A DNA stretch of 63,999 nucleotides, the filler included, from Basidiobolus ranarum (taxonomy: Eukaryota), in NCBI GenBank assembly GCA_040143965.1. It is 28 parts of 28 records of this genome, joined end to end, with 100 filler letters (N's around TTAATTAATTAA, not from the genome) between each part and the next. Parts side by side here need not be neighbours in the genome. Positions count along the whole stretch, not along the records: positions 22,956 to 25,147 come from JASJQH010003655.1; positions 25,248 to 27,439 come from JASJQH010003656.1; positions 27,540 to 29,731 come from JASJQH010003657.1; positions 29,832 to 32,022 come from JASJQH010003658.1; positions 32,123 to 34,312 come from JASJQH010003659.1; positions 34,413 to 36,602 come from JASJQH010003660.1; 22 more parts are not named here. One strand, 5' to 3'. Positions 23,040-36,602 of this stretch are shown here, piece after piece (position 1 is the stretch's first letter; every line of letters begins with the position of its first letter). A program made the translations under genes and the position numbers. Under the pieces are notes generated by a model. The model saw nothing but the letters and a program-made list of their open reading frames with translations, was not told where the DNA came from and made no database searches.

Positions 23040-25147
23040 TGGCTTTCTCCCTCATGGTAGAGGACTTAAAACCCACATTTTATTGTCCTGAAGTGAAAAA
23101 AACTCATTTGACATAGCTGTTTCCTATAATTTTTATTCTGGACACTCCAGAACTTGATCTAGCATCTGTGGCTTGTCATAGAAAGTCACTGGAATTTAGT
23201 TGAATAGGGCTCAGATACATCTCAAATTTTGCCAGACACTTCCTGAATAGACCTGATTTTATTTTCTGGATCAAGAACTGTGATTTGAGATGAAAAATTT
23301 GCCTTTTCATTGTAAATCACATCTCTACACTTAAGTAACTTCTGATATTTGGTATCAAACAGTCTGTAGGCTTTAGATCCATCACAATAACTAAGAAATA
23401 TGCGGTTTCTACTTTTTGGTTCCAATTAAGAGCATTTTTGGGCTTGAATTAGGCAATTTGGTGTGAAACCAATGATCCTGAGATGATCCACACTTGGTTT
23501 TGTTCCATGTAGGTCTTCAAATAGAGCACAATTTTGTAGCAATCTTATTGAGCATCTGTTTTTGATATAGACTGCAGTGGAGACAGATTCAGCCAAATAT
23601 TGGTAATCTAACTTTTGATCATGTAACATTGGTCTTGCCATCTCAACTGTGATCATATTAGCAGATTCTGCAAATCTGTTTTGATATGGAGTATAAGATA
23701 CAATAGTTTGTTGCCTAATTCCATATTTAGAGGACTTGTTCTCTGTGATAGTGCCAGATTGTGCTGTATATTTCATATTGGATAAAGTATTCTAAAATTC
23801 ATGTGGCACAATTTGGCATTATCCATCACCCTCTGGCATGATCAATTTCAATCATATTTACTCTAATATATTGATCCAAGGTCAGATAAATCCTGGCACA
23901 AAGGAACAAGTCCAGAGTAAGAACTAGTCTTTAGAGCAGTATTCTCCACCATTATCACTCCTTAGCACCCTTATTTTGTGCTGATATTTTCTCTACCATT
24001 GCTTTGTATTGCTTGAGCATGGCAAAGGCTTCAGATTTTGAATTGAACAAGAATACCTAAGTATATCATCTTTTGTCATCAATCAAGGTTGTTAAGTACC
24101 TTTTCCCACCTAATGAGATGTTTTTCATGAGTCCACATAAGGCAGAATGAATCAGGGCAACATTGTGAGTGGATTTTATCTCTCCAGAGCTTGAAATTAG
24201 CTGTCTGTGATGTTTTCCACACATGTAACCTGCACACAGAGCAAATGTAGTGCAATTTTCAATTTCAAAGCCTGAAACAAGCTAATTTCAGATCAATTGG
24301 GTTGGTTTTTGTTCCCTAATGAGGTCTAATCTTCTATGATGCATTTGACAGCTTATTGGACTGGTTTTAGCCAAGTTTGCTTGCGCAGAATACAATTTGT
24401 TGATTTCTAGTTTGTATAAGTTTTGAGTTTTGATCCCAGTAGCTAATTTGGTATTATTCTGATCTGTGATTATGAATCCAGCCTTGCCAAACACAAAATT
24501 TAGTCCTTGAGTTGTTGCTTGACTTACAGAGAGTAGAATCTTGGCTATATTTGGTATATGGAGTACATCATCCAATTTTGATGATGGTGTAGCTGAATTT
24601 TGGTCTAGATTGTGTACAACTGTGACTATACTAACTGTATCTAGTCCATAGTCATCACCTAAGTAGACTTTCTTTGTTAGGATTGATTTTAAGCTGGAGA
24701 ACTAATCATTCTTGTTTGACATATGCAGGGAAGCTATTGAATAAATGCATCACATTTCTGAGTCTTCTTTAGTGGTTACTAATAGGGCAGACACAAATAA
24801 ATGATCTCTATCAGTGCTTACTGAATTTGTATATTACAATTTAAGCTTTTTGACAAAAATCCTTTTTCTGCAATCTTTGATAATAAGGCCTGGTTTCTTG
24901 CCATACCTGCAGATGATTGATTTCCTATTAGGGGCACCATTATTGAAGCCTGTTGGATGTTTTATAGCTCTAAAAAATGCCTATTCTGCACTATTTTGCT
25001 AAGAATTAGATCTCCTTAATTCCTCATTCAAAAGCCTAGCACCAACATATTCCATTGTTAATGGCTCTGATCTTGAATCTAGGGCAATCATGACGTTCCT
25101 AAACCTGTCTGGCAGGCTCCAAGCTAGTGTCATGATCAAGTCATCTT
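23040..25147 (-). pseudogene. Ty1/copia gag-PR-integrase remnant
   Basis: Zinc knuckle near 24900, DVLHIPNIAKILLSVSQ, LRSDNGGEY, SYTPYQN..AES, SKAYRLFD. Confidence 0.9.
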
Positions 25148-25247
25148 NNNNNNNNNNNNNNNNNNNNNNNNNNNNNNNNNNNNNNNNNNNNTTAATTAAT
25201 TAANNNNNNNNNNNNNNNNNNNNNNNNNNNNNNNNNNNNNNNNNNNN

Positions 25248-26701
25248 TTGAAAAAGTGCTTAAATAGTGTGAAGTATATTCTCCACCATTATGAGTCTGT
25301 ACCTTCTTAATTTTAGTTCCAGTTTCAGTCTCCACAAGTGTTTTAAAATCTCTAAAGATATAGAGAGCTTCTTCTTTTCTTTCATAAAGTAGACCCAAGT
25401 GTATCTTGTATAATCATCAATAATGTGCTTAAATATCTTTTTCTGCCTAAAGATAAATTTTGCATAGGCCACACAAATCTGAATGAATCAGATCCAATAT
25501 TTTGACAGATTTGATTAAACCAGAGCTCTTGAATGGTTGCCTGGCTTGTTTTCCTTATATATAACCCTCACATATTTCCATTTTGGTTGGGGGGTCAATT
25601 TGAATTCCAGAAATTAGGCAATTTTTGATCATTTTCCTCAAATAATCAAATCCAATATGGTCAAATCTCTTATGCCATAATTGAAAAGTTTCTTGATTGG
25701 ACTAACTTATATGTACACATAAACCTCTTGGATTATGGATAAGTTTGTATAAGTTCTGATCCTTTTCTCTCAAAGCAAAATAATTCACATTTTGATATGT
25801 GATGGTGCATCCTGACTTATCAAAATTGAATTTTAGCCCTTCTGAGGTGGCCTAGCATACAGATATTATATTCTTGGCAATATCTGGTACAAGTAGTACA
25901 TCCTTAAAAGTATACACTTTCTTTTCAGAAGCTCCAGTTAAATTAACTTGAATTGTTCCCATTCCAATGGCATCCAATGTGTAGTCATCCCCTATGAAAA
26001 CCTTGCTAATTGGGATTTCTTCTTAATCTACAAACTAATGTTTGTTATTTGTGAAATGTTAGCAAGCTCCATAATCAATATACCACATTGGAGAATCCTT
26101 GCTGGCAGGCATAGACAGAGCAGATATGAACAAGTGATTTTCTGTTGTAACCACATTTCCAGATTTAGTAAGGTCAAATTTTTAGTTCTTGGTTATAAAA
26201 TCATTACTAGGCTCTGAAACTTGTGTGGCAAGCTATTTAGAGCTGTAACTATGATATCTGGATCAGGAATAGGTATTCCAATGCAATCTATTTCATCCAC
26301 TAAAATTCTGACTCTATGAATTAGTGATTTAATGTCTTCCCCTGGCTTCATTTTTAAGTTAAAGAAATGTCTTCTCAGTGACTTCTTTTTGGCTGCAGAA
26401 CTTGTTTGGTAGATGTCTTCCAAGGCTTTCCATACCTTCTTGGCAGCTTTAGTGCTTGAATGGTGAATCTTCAGTTTGTCTTTAACATTAAGACAAATTG
26501 CATAAAAGGCACCTTGTTCTTTTTTAACCTGGAGTAAAACTTTGGTTTCAGATAGATTTGCATTGTTTTCTTCTCCTACAACAGTGTCCCAAAGCCATTT
26601 TTCTTGCAGAACATTTGCATTTTACTTTTCCAAACTTGATGATTGGTTCTATCCAACTTTTCAGAAGATGGAAAAGTTCCTTAAGTTTGAGATATAGACA
26701 T
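25248..26701 (-). pseudogene. Ty1/copia gag-PR-GAG_pre-integrase-IN remnant (LTR family A)
   Basis: LRRHFFNLKM..LNSLPHKFQSLV; WHKRFDH; CEG..GKQAR; IDDYTRYTWVYFMK; NGGEY. Confidence 0.9.
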
Positions 26702-26719
26702 TACAGAGAGTGCAAGCTT

Positions 26720-27079
26720 GGGGCTCATAACCTTCAGAGTATTTGAGAGCCTGATGGAAGTGGTTTGGAGAATGAGAGGAATGGGTGGTTTTCATTGATT
26801 GATTTATTGAGTACAAAGTTGACATCTATAGTTTTGTCAGGATGTAAACAAACTAATGTGTAGAATATGTTGAAAAAGATCCCAGAAACCTGTGTGCAAA
26901 GTTTGGGGCCACTAGCACAAGTTTGAAAAATCAAAATATCTGACAACCTCTAAGTTGGGAAAAGTATTCTAAATAAATTCTGATTGAGAACAATAGATAA
27001 TATCTTAGTGATATATAAGATAACCAAGCACTAAGCTATATATGACTATATAGGTGCTTAGGCAATGCTAGTTTCAACA
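26720..27079 (-). mobile_element. Copia 5' LTR, family A (26733-27079), plus PBS GGTTATGAGCCC
   Basis: Starts TGTTGAAACTAGCATTGCC; the PBS is complementary to the tRNA-iMet anticodon arm GGGCUCAUAACC. Confidence 0.85.
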
Positions 27080-28370
27080 GAAAGAAGTTTTAGATGGAAA
27101 AATGCAATCCAGTATCTACCCTTATAGAGACAAATCTTGACTTGACCAAAACTGGCTCAAATCAAACCTTTGTGCATTCAAATGATAGCCAGCAATATCC
27201 TTATCAATCTATGGTTGGTGGTTAGATGTATATCATGGTTGGAACATGGCCAGATATTGCAAGAGCACTGTGAAATATTACAAATGTGGAAAACTGGGAC
27301 ATATAGCACATTACTGCAGATCAAATAAGAAACGGGTTTCAAAGAAAAAGGAAGCATATAACACCACTAACAGAGGAAATGAACACTATGTACTTATGGC
27401 AACCTCTAACTCCGGTATTGACTCTGCTGATGTATAGTTNNNNNNNNNNNNNNNNNNNNNNNNNNNNNNNNNNNNNNNNNNNNTTAATTAATTAANNNNN
27501 NNNNNNNNNNNNNNNNNNNNNNNNNNNNNNNNNNNNNNNAAGCCAGATAAAACACACCAGCTTTATCAGCCCGATATGTAGATGCTCTTATTATAGGAAC
27601 CAATCACCTGAAGACTCTGGAGAAAACCAAATCAAGCTTATCTGCCAAATCAAAATGACTGATCTTCGTGAACTGATGTATTGTCTTAGAATCAAAATTA
27701 AGATAGATAAAACTACTAAAACAATAACTTTAAACCAGTCTAAGTTTATCCTAGATGTATTAAGAAGATTAAAATGGAAGAATGTAAATCAGTATCTATC
27801 TCAATGGAGATAAATCTTAACTTGATGAAAAATGGCTCAAATCAGACATTTTTGGACTCAAGTGAAAACAAGAAATTTCCTTATCAGTTAGTTAAAGGTA
27901 GTTTTTTGTATATCATGGTTTGAACATGGCAAGATATTGCATATTCTGTGGGAGTTATGTGCCGATATCTTCAAAATTATGGATCTGATGAAATCATAGC
28001 AATTAAGTGGAATTTCAGATATTTGAAAGATGCAGTGGATCTGTGCTTGCAATACACATATTCTGGATTAAACTTTGATCTGATGGGATATTCATATGCA
28101 AATTATGAAGATATTATCCATTATTCTCAATGAGAATTTACTTGGAATATCTTTACAAACTTGAAAGCTCTGAGATATATGGATTTTTCAAACTAGTTCT
28201 AGAAGCTCCAAACTTTGCCCACATGTTCCTGGGACCTTGCTTAGTGTATTGTTCAGGTTAGTTTGTTTACATCTTGCCAAAACTATAAATGTTAATTTTC
28301 AACTCAATTAATCAATCAGTGAAAGCCACAAATTTCTCTAATTCTCCAAACCACTTCCAACAGGTTCACA
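27080..28370 (+). pseudogene. Copia fragments on two contigs: RT piece fused to a gag zinc knuckle (27080-27439); RT C-terminus plus partial LTR A (27540-28370)
   Basis: YKCGKLGHIAHYC; YVDAL, DIAYSVG, LMGYSYAN; LTR A match at 28135-28370. Confidence 0.75.
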
Positions 28371-28439
28371 AATAAAGCAGATACCTGGGTATCTGTAAAC
28401 TCATTAGATGCATGCTGCTATGTGCCACCTACAACTTGT

Positions 28440-29230
28440 ATTGACTGCACATGAAAAAGTTTGGAAATGATGGTTTCCCATACCAAAGTAGATTGTGAAC
28501 CCAGAAGAATCTGTTTTGATATGATATGCAACTACCATATGTATTCATGATATCTGACTTTATTGGCTTTCATCAGAATTTGCAATCTTTATGTATTATT
28601 GGCTAAAACATCAAATTTGATTTCCTATAGTATGATCAAGCAATTCTTAGATAGGTTTCTTGTGCAAGCAAGGTCAATCTCTGTCATGTCAGCCTGATAC
28701 ACTATTAGTGTCATGCTCCCCATCTGCTATAAATGTTCATTTCTTATTAATCCAAAAGCAACTACTGGCTTTCCTACCACCACCTTTGAAGCTATATCTG
28801 AGAAATATTGTGGATTGTATACTCCTGTAAATACCAGAAAGCAGCTAGTCAATTTTTGTTGTTACTACAAAAGCTATTGTCCAATCAGATTTCAGTGCAC
28901 TCTTAATGGTAGTAAAAGTGGGAGAACCAACCATACAGGCTTCAACTAAGTGAGAACTATCAAGCTTCAGTGATGAATAATGTTGAAACCGGCCAGGACA
29001 AAATACTTAGATATTCTAATTTAATTCCATTTCTGGGATCATTTCCCATTAGAGTTTATATTAGAAGTAATCTTGACACACTTCCAGTGAGAATTCATAA
29101 GCCCAAATGCAAACAAAAGCCTTTCTATTCTGGCAAGCACAAAGCTCACTGTGTAAAGTTCCAGGCTTGGCAGGATTTGGAAGGAAACAACATTTGGTTT
29201 AGTGCTCCACATCAGTGAGACATCATGACA
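28440..29230 (+). pseudogene. PIF/Harbinger element remnant (DDE_Tnp_4 transposase)
   Basis: LDTLPVRIHKPK..QKPFYSGKHKAHCVKFQ..G..IWFS..HD. Confidence 0.85.
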
Positions 29231-29390
29231 AGAGGCTCTGGGTTGGGAGCAATGCACCAGTTGTAAAAAGTGAGAAGAATATGGCTGATTTGGAATATTT
29301 TGGGGAAGAATGTGGATTGTTAGGATGGTCACAGCTAACAAGAGGCACACAGGAGGGATACTCACACCCACAACAAATATGGGTGTGAAT

Positions 29391-29731
29391 TGATAAAAGT
29401 GTTCAGGGGATTTGGAAGTGTTTTGGACAAGATTTGGATTTGTGAATTAGACACTTGAGTTTTATTGAATTAAATATGTCCTGCATATAGTTTACTATGA
29501 ATAAGACTATTGGACATGCTTAGATCATAACAAATGTGCCTGTTAAGTGTGGGTGAAAATTTGAGATGCTTTGGAGAAGTTTTGAGAAAATAGTGAAAAT
29601 TGGTAAAAGTGCTCTAATTGAAGGAAATATCAATTAGAGCAATAAACACACATTTTTGAATGACAGAATTGAGTACTAAATAATCAGAATATGAATAAAC
29701 TAACTACTAAATAATGAGTTGCTATTTATCA
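29391..29731 (-). mobile_element. LTR family C (copies at 35607-35958 and 47784-48040)
   Basis: Three-way match; ends ...TTTTATCA. Confidence 0.75.
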
Positions 29732-29831
29732 NNNNNNNNNNNNNNNNNNNNNNNNNNNNNNNNNNNNNNNNNNNNTTAATTAATTAANNNNNNNNNNNNN
29801 NNNNNNNNNNNNNNNNNNNNNNNNNNNNNNN

Positions 29832-32022
29832 TAGATGTTGACCTTGGTTATTCCAGTACTGATGATAGTATATCAGAAGTTGAAGAATATTTTGACAGTT
29901 TTGTTATGGACTCTTTGTTATTGGCAAACATTAGTCTTCTCATGTAACTTACAGTAAAGGAAGCAGCTTGGATTATTTAAAAGTGGAGAGTTCAATCCAA
30001 TCTTAGCAACCAGGTGTTTATTGGTTTTCTTACACTTTTACCATAGTTGATTGGCAACTGTTGCTTGCCACAGACCTGGTACAATGGAAGACATTTGTCA
30101 GTTGTATGACTAATAATCCTTCAGTACTTAAACTACCTTCATGTCCAAATGGTTGTTTGGCTTTCATTGGTTATCTGAGAAACCTGAAGTCATGAACTGT
30201 TTGAACACAATTGGCAATCACTGAATCAGGTAAATATTTTTCATATTTGGCTTACATACTGTTAATGCCCCAGCTTAAAGTTTTGATGAAATCAGCCAAA
30301 TATACATCTTGGATCCAATACCAAAGTACTCACCAAAAAGCTGATGATTTTCCCAATATAGCTGATGGATATCACTACCAGAATCTGAAAAGTCAAGGTT
30401 TCTTTGAGAACATGTATCATCATGCATTTGCATTGGCTCTGGATGGTTTCTTGCTAAACAAATATACCATTGGAAAGGCCTGCTGGCCAATAATTTTAAT
30501 TAACTTATATCATCCTCCTTCTGAACAGTATAAGAGTCCAAATATTCTGATACTCTCCATCATATCTGGACCTAAATTACCAGTACTTATAGATAGCCAC
30601 TTGGAGCCTTTGATTAGAGAATTTGAATTGCTATCTATTGGGGTACCGATGGGTGAATATTTTAATAAAACTAATATCATTGTATTTATTGGTGACACTC
30701 CTGCCATCAGTAAACTTGGAGGTTTTTGTGGGCATGATGCACAATCTTGCTGTAGATTTTGTCAAATCAACAGAGTTTACTCTAACAGGCATACACATTA
30801 CTACTATTCAAATACAACACTAAACTTCATGATTTTACCATCAAGAGTGTGGTCAGATTTCAATATGATCCTTGATATCGATTCACCAAATAGTCAGTTT
30901 AACATCAAACTTGGTATTAGCCATAAGCCTAAGATTATAATGCTAAAGGGGATCAGCTTGAGCCAGAGCTTCCCCTCGGGCACTATGCACTTACTATTCA
31001 ACAACATTCAAATAATACTAACTCAGCTATGTAGTGGAAAATTCAATATCAATGAGCCATTTGAGATAGAATCAAAGTTTGAATTGATTGGGAAAATGCT
31101 TGAAAATGTCAAGATACCATCATATTTTACCAGGACTCCATCAATATTCACTCATCTTGGTGTTTATTCAAATGCAAAGACTGGAAATATTGGATTTATA
31201 TATATTCAAGTGGAGTTTTGAAAGATTTCTGCCTGATAAACATTGGAAACATTGGGAGTTGTCTGCGGATATTGTTAATGTATTCTTATGTCATCAACTC
31301 ACATTAGCAGATCTCAGGCAGATACAGTGACTGTGCAAATATTTTGTAATTGGATATGAATAACTTTATACTGGTTTAAAGATGAGGGACTGTCAATATG
31401 CTGGTACTCAATATATTGCCTGCTGCATCTTTCACAATGCTTAGAGATTATAGGCTCTTGCTATACATTTTGGGAGTTCCCAATGGAGCACACCGGTGGT
31501 GAAATGATGCTCTGTGTGAAATCATCAAAAATTGCCAGACATTGAATAACTCATGCCAAATTTGAGGATCAATACTTTAACATGTTTGAATACCATCAAA
31601 ATACCATCCAGAAACCACTGTCACACCATCAAAATCCTTGGCAGAATGCCAGCCACCAATATTGTCATGGTCCTCTGACAGTTTTGCTATTTTGGAGGGT
31701 GGATCCAATATGGATCAAATTGATTTTATTTTTGTTAGGGCAATATCCACTCATCTTGGCATCTATTCAAATGCAAAGACTATAAGTATTGGATTTTTGC
31801 ATATCTGGGTGGAATCCTGAAAGGATTTCTGTTCAATAAGTATTGGCAACATTGGGAGTTGTTTGTCAATATTGTTAATAAAATCTCACTACATCAATGC
31901 ACAATGGCAGATCTCAAGCAGATACAGCAACTGTGCAAAGATTTTGTAATTGGATATGAAAAACTTTATTACAGGTTTAAAGAAGATAGACTGAATCTAT
32001 GCCAGTATCAATACTTTCCATT
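29832..32022 (+). mobile_element. CACTA/EnSpm transposase core (Transposase_21/tnp2 plus DUF4218-like), internal end B finishing at 31740, then a second transposase piece
   Basis: CPNGC; LALDGF..CWPIILINL.HPP..NILILSIISGPK.P..ID.HLEPLIREF; GDTPA; CRFC; WEFPME. Confidence 0.9.
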
Positions 32023-32122
32023 NNNNNNNNNNNNNNNNNNNNNNNNNNNNNNNNNNNNNNNNNNNNTTAATTAATTAANNNNNNNNNNNNNNNNNNNNNN
32101 NNNNNNNNNNNNNNNNNNNNNN

Positions 32123-32636
32123 TCACTTCATTGGAGAGACTATAGAGAATAAGTTTATTGACTTAACTTATTGTTCTACAGAAGACATGATTGCTGATAT
32201 ATTAACCAAACCATTAGCTAGACAGAAATTTGAGAAATATAGACCTTTATTAGGATTAGTTTATTCAACTATTTAGTTGAGGGAGAGTGCTTAAATTAGC
32301 ATTGCCTCAACACCTATATTGTCATATGTCACTTAGTACTTAGTTATCTTAAAATTCACTAAGATATTATCAATAATACTCAATTGGAATTTACTTGGAA
32401 TATTTTTAGCCACTTAGAAGTTCTCAGATATATAGATTTTTCAAACTTGTGCTAGAAGCCCCAAACTTTACACATATGTTCCTGGGACCTTCCTTAACAT
32501 ATTCTACATGTTAGTTTGTTTTACATCTTGACAAAACTATAGATGTCAACTTTCTAATCAATAAATCAATAAGTGAAAACCACCAATTCCTCTAACTCTC
32601 CAAACCACTTCGAAGAGGCTCCAAAATACTTTAACA
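32123..32636 (+). mobile_element. Copia 3' end: RNase H C-terminus, PPT (32275-32287), complete 3' LTR family A (32288-32636)
   Basis: YCSTEDMIADILTKPL; AGTTGAGGGAGAG then TG...TTTAACA. Confidence 0.9.
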
Positions 32637-34312
32637 GAATGAGCTATTTTTGGGGCAATTTGGATGAGTTTGATATTTCCAATATGGAATTGCTAATTGT
32701 CACATTATTCACACATATATACATCCTAAAATAAATAATTAGATTTGCATTTCATACTATTGCCTTACTGTTTTATAATGGTATTATGCTGGTATTGCAA
32801 CAAGATTCTTATAGTTTCTCTGCCAGTCTTTTTTTCCTTCCTTTTTGTCATGGTATTCCTACCCCTATATTTGTGTTTTCTCAGGTTTTTCTCTGGTATT
32901 TGTTCTCCTATTTCTCATAGGGATAATATATGTTCCAATTTACAGTTAAGTGATATTTGACTTACTAATGTTAACTAACTTATAAGTGATATATTAAATA
33001 GTTAAGTGAATAAAGATTGAAATAATAACTATGATAAAGAAAAAAAACTTCAAAATTTTGTGGGAAGGTTGTTATAGTTTGAAGTCTTCTTAACCCATCT
33101 CATCACATCCATCACTAATTTTGCTGATAATTTATCAATCCTATCAGCATACAGTAATAATGATAATTTTGTATGGAGCATCATTTCACCACAGGTGCAC
33201 TCCATTGGGAACTCCCAGAATATATAGCAAGGGCCTATAATTGTCAAGCATTGTGAAAGATACAGTAGGGAATGTATTGAGTACTGGCATAGATTTAGTG
33301 TATGTTCTTTATATCTTTAATAACATTTTTCATATTCAATAACAAAATCATTGCCCAGTTGTTGTATCTGCCTCATATTTGCCAATGTGAGTTGATGCCA
33401 TAAGTATATATTCATGGTATCCACAAACAACTGCTAATGTTGCCAATACTAAACCCCTAACAAAAATAAAATTGATTTGATCCAGATTGGACACACCCTT
33501 CTAAAGCACAAAACAACTCAAGAATTGTCAAAGTATTGGAGACTTATATTGTGCCAGGGATTTTGATGGTGTGATGGTGGTTTCTTGACAGTATTCTGAT
33601 GGTATTTATACATGTCAGAATATTGACCCTCATATTTGGCATGCATTATTAATTTCCAGTAATTTTTTTAAAAATATAATTTTTGATTGGCAAATTACTG
33701 GGTTTACTGCTGTAGGAATATGAATTAATATTCATGCATTTATTCAGATATTTTTGACTTTGTATTCCAGCCTTAATGAAAATAAAAAAATACAAGAATC
33801 TTGTTGTATTCAGTCTCTACATATGCACATACTTGACTGATCAAACATAACTCAACAACATCAATATGCTTTACCAGCAAACTAATGGTGAAAAAATTGC
33901 TAAACTTCTGAAATTTTGAATAGCATTGACACTTGGCAAATAGCTGACTCTTGTTACTGTTCACAATGAGAATAAGCTCTTGGATTTTTGCAAATTTCCA
34001 TAAAGAATCCAGCCAATAAATCCCAAACTTGTAGTCAACAAATGTACTGCCACAAGTAGCTGTGTCATTGCCTGAATAGATAACCACAGTGCTAAAACAA
34101 TAATACTGTGTATGTCAATCTATCTCACCAAGAAGTCTGTCTTGCAGCTTACCTATAAATACCATCAAATTATTACCCAAACAAATTATTCCAGATTATA
34201 GAGGTACTTAGTCTGTGTCCATGGATTGAGCTTTGTTTCTGTTATTGTGCTCAAGCTATACAAAAACCATGAGCATCTTGAAAAGAGCCCTTTGTTGGAA
34301 GGTTCACATACT
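32637..34312 (-). mobile_element. LTR B remnant (32637-33054), CACTA transposase piece (33055-33450), CACTA end B (33455) plus C-terminal exons
   Basis: CCCTAACAAAAATAAA at 33455; IGPCYIFWEFPME; homology to the other copies. Confidence 0.8.
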
Positions 34313-34412
34313 NNNNNNNNNNNNNNNNNNNNNNNNNNNNNNNNNNNNNNNNNNNNTTAATTAATTAANNNNNNNNNNNNNNNNNNNNNNNNNNNNNNNN
34401 NNNNNNNNNNNN

Positions 34413-35958
34413 TTTATGCTGATTTGATATGGATATATCCTAGACATCCTTAAATACTTTAACATGGAGAATATCCAGCCTGTATTCTGCCAATGGATCC
34501 CAATGTGAAATCAATTAGAATTTCATCCAATTTGGCCTAAATTGACTCAAATTAAAGTCATGTGTTCTCTTACCAAACCATGATGGGTATTTTAATATAT
34601 ACAGTGTTTGGAATATGTCCAGACATTGCAATGGCCTTGGGAGCTGTCAGCTAATATCTCAAAAATCCAAGATCTGAGCCTAAATCTGCAGTAAATCAAA
34701 TATCTTGGTATCTGAGAGGAGCTTTAGATCCTGCTCTGGAATGCTCTGCCACTACTGATGCACAGGTTTTGAAGGTTACAGTGATGCAAACTGGGGAAAA
34801 AATCTTGATGACCAAAGCTCAACCACTGGGTACACATTTCTCAATGGTAATGGGGCCATTACTTATAATTATAAGAAGAAATCAACTATAGCTCTTTCCA
34901 CATAGAAGCAGAGTATATGGTTGCATTGGCTGCTAAACAAGAAGCTATGTGGTTAAGGAAGTTATTTACAGACCTTGAATACATGCAAAAACATACTATT
35001 ACTGTTTGTGAGGATGATCAGAAGATCAACAACTGGGTATACATTTCTGTATGGTAATGGAGCATTAACTTGGAATAGTAAGATGCATCAAACCATAGCA
35101 CTTTCCACTACAGAAGCAGAGTATATGGCTGCCTCTGCCACTATGCAAGGTGCTATGTGATTAAGGAAGTTATTTACAGACTTGGGCAACATCCAAAAGC
35201 AAGGTATTACTGTATATGAAGATAATCAAAGTTGTATTTCATTAGCTTAAAGCACCACTTTATGTGCCAGAACAAAATATATAGATATTAGGAACCATTT
35301 TGTTAGAGAAGCAATATGGTTTAATTTATTTGAACTTGGCTGTTAACCATCTGAAGAAACAAGCATATAGATGTTTGGCATCATTTCATTAGAGAAGCAA
35401 TAGAGAATGACATAATTGAATATTTCTATTGCCCTACTAAAGAAATGATTGCTGACACTTTAACCAAACCATTAGCTAAAGTGCAGTTTTAATAATTAAG
35501 ATATAAGTTTGCTTTAAGAGAAAAACAAAATAATTAGTTGAGTGGGAATATTGAAATAGGTGAATTTATTGCAGGAGAGGAAATAGAGCCAAAGAGTCCA
35601 CCAGAATGTTGAAATTAGGTAAATAGCAACTCATTATTTGGTAGATAGTTTATTCATATTCTGATTATTTAGTGCTCAGTTCTGTCATTCAAGAATGTGT
35701 ATATATTGCTCGGATTAATAGTAATATTAATTAGAGCATGTTCACCAAATTTAACTATTTTTTCACTACTACTCCAAATCATGTCAAACTTGCACCCATG
35801 CTTAACAGGCATGTTTGTTATGAACTAAGCACATCCAATAGTCTTATTTCATAGCAAACCATAGTTAGGACATATTCAATTCAACACAACTTAAGATTCA
35901 ACATCACAAATCAAAATCTTGTCCAAGTCACTTCCCAGTCCCCCAAAGAGTTTGATCA
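34413..35958 (+). mobile_element. Copia RT/RNase H 3' region with internal duplications, PPT, and LTR C (35607-35958)
   Basis: GYSDANWG, STTGYTF (twice), ALSTTEAEYMA, YEDNQSCI, MIADTLTKPL; AGTTGAGTGGGAA. Confidence 0.88.
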
Positions 35959-35974
35959 ATTTTCTGCTTATGAG

Positions 35975-36602
35975 TTCCAATTTAGAGCATTTTTGAGCTA
36001 GAATTAGGCAATATGCCATATGACCAAATATCTTGAGAGGCTTAGAGCAACAACTAGCAAAGTCTTTAGAGCAATATTCTCAACCATCAGCACTCCTTAG
36101 TACCATTGTTTTCTGGGTTGATTCTTTTTGCTTTGTAGTACTTGAATATAGCTAAGTCTGTAGATTTTGACTTGAGGAAGAATACCCAAGTGAATCTACT
36201 TTGTCATCAATAAAGGCCATAGAGTACCTTTATCCACCTTGTGCTATGTTTTTGAAGGAGCCACATAGCTCAGAATGAATCTGGGTAAAACTGTGAGTGG
36301 ATTTGATCTCTCCAGAGCTTGAAATGGCTTTTAGTGATGTTTTACATATATGAAACCTGCACACAGATTCAATTTTGTGCTATTTTCACTTTCTAAGCCT
36401 GAAACAAGCTGATTTCAGAACATTTAGGTCTGTTTTGGTAACTCAATGTGGCTTAATATTCTATGCCACATTTGACAGAGGTTAACTTTTCTTGTTTGGA
36501 TGAGCTTTAAGCAGGAAAACCAATCTTTCATATATGAAATATGTTGGGATGCTGCTGAATCAATATATCATCATTCTGGTTCTTCCTTAGTGGTCATTAG
36601 TA
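35975..36602 (-). pseudogene. Copia GAG-pre-integrase/integrase fragment
   Basis: Homologous to 23930-24350 (IHSELCG, IDDKS, WVFFLKSKS). Confidence 0.8.

Noticed and set aside
29832-32022. Alternative genetic code or programmed frameshifting to explain in-frame stops in TE ORFs
   Set aside because: Stops and shifts differ between copies and fit mutational decay; host genes read cleanly in the standard code.
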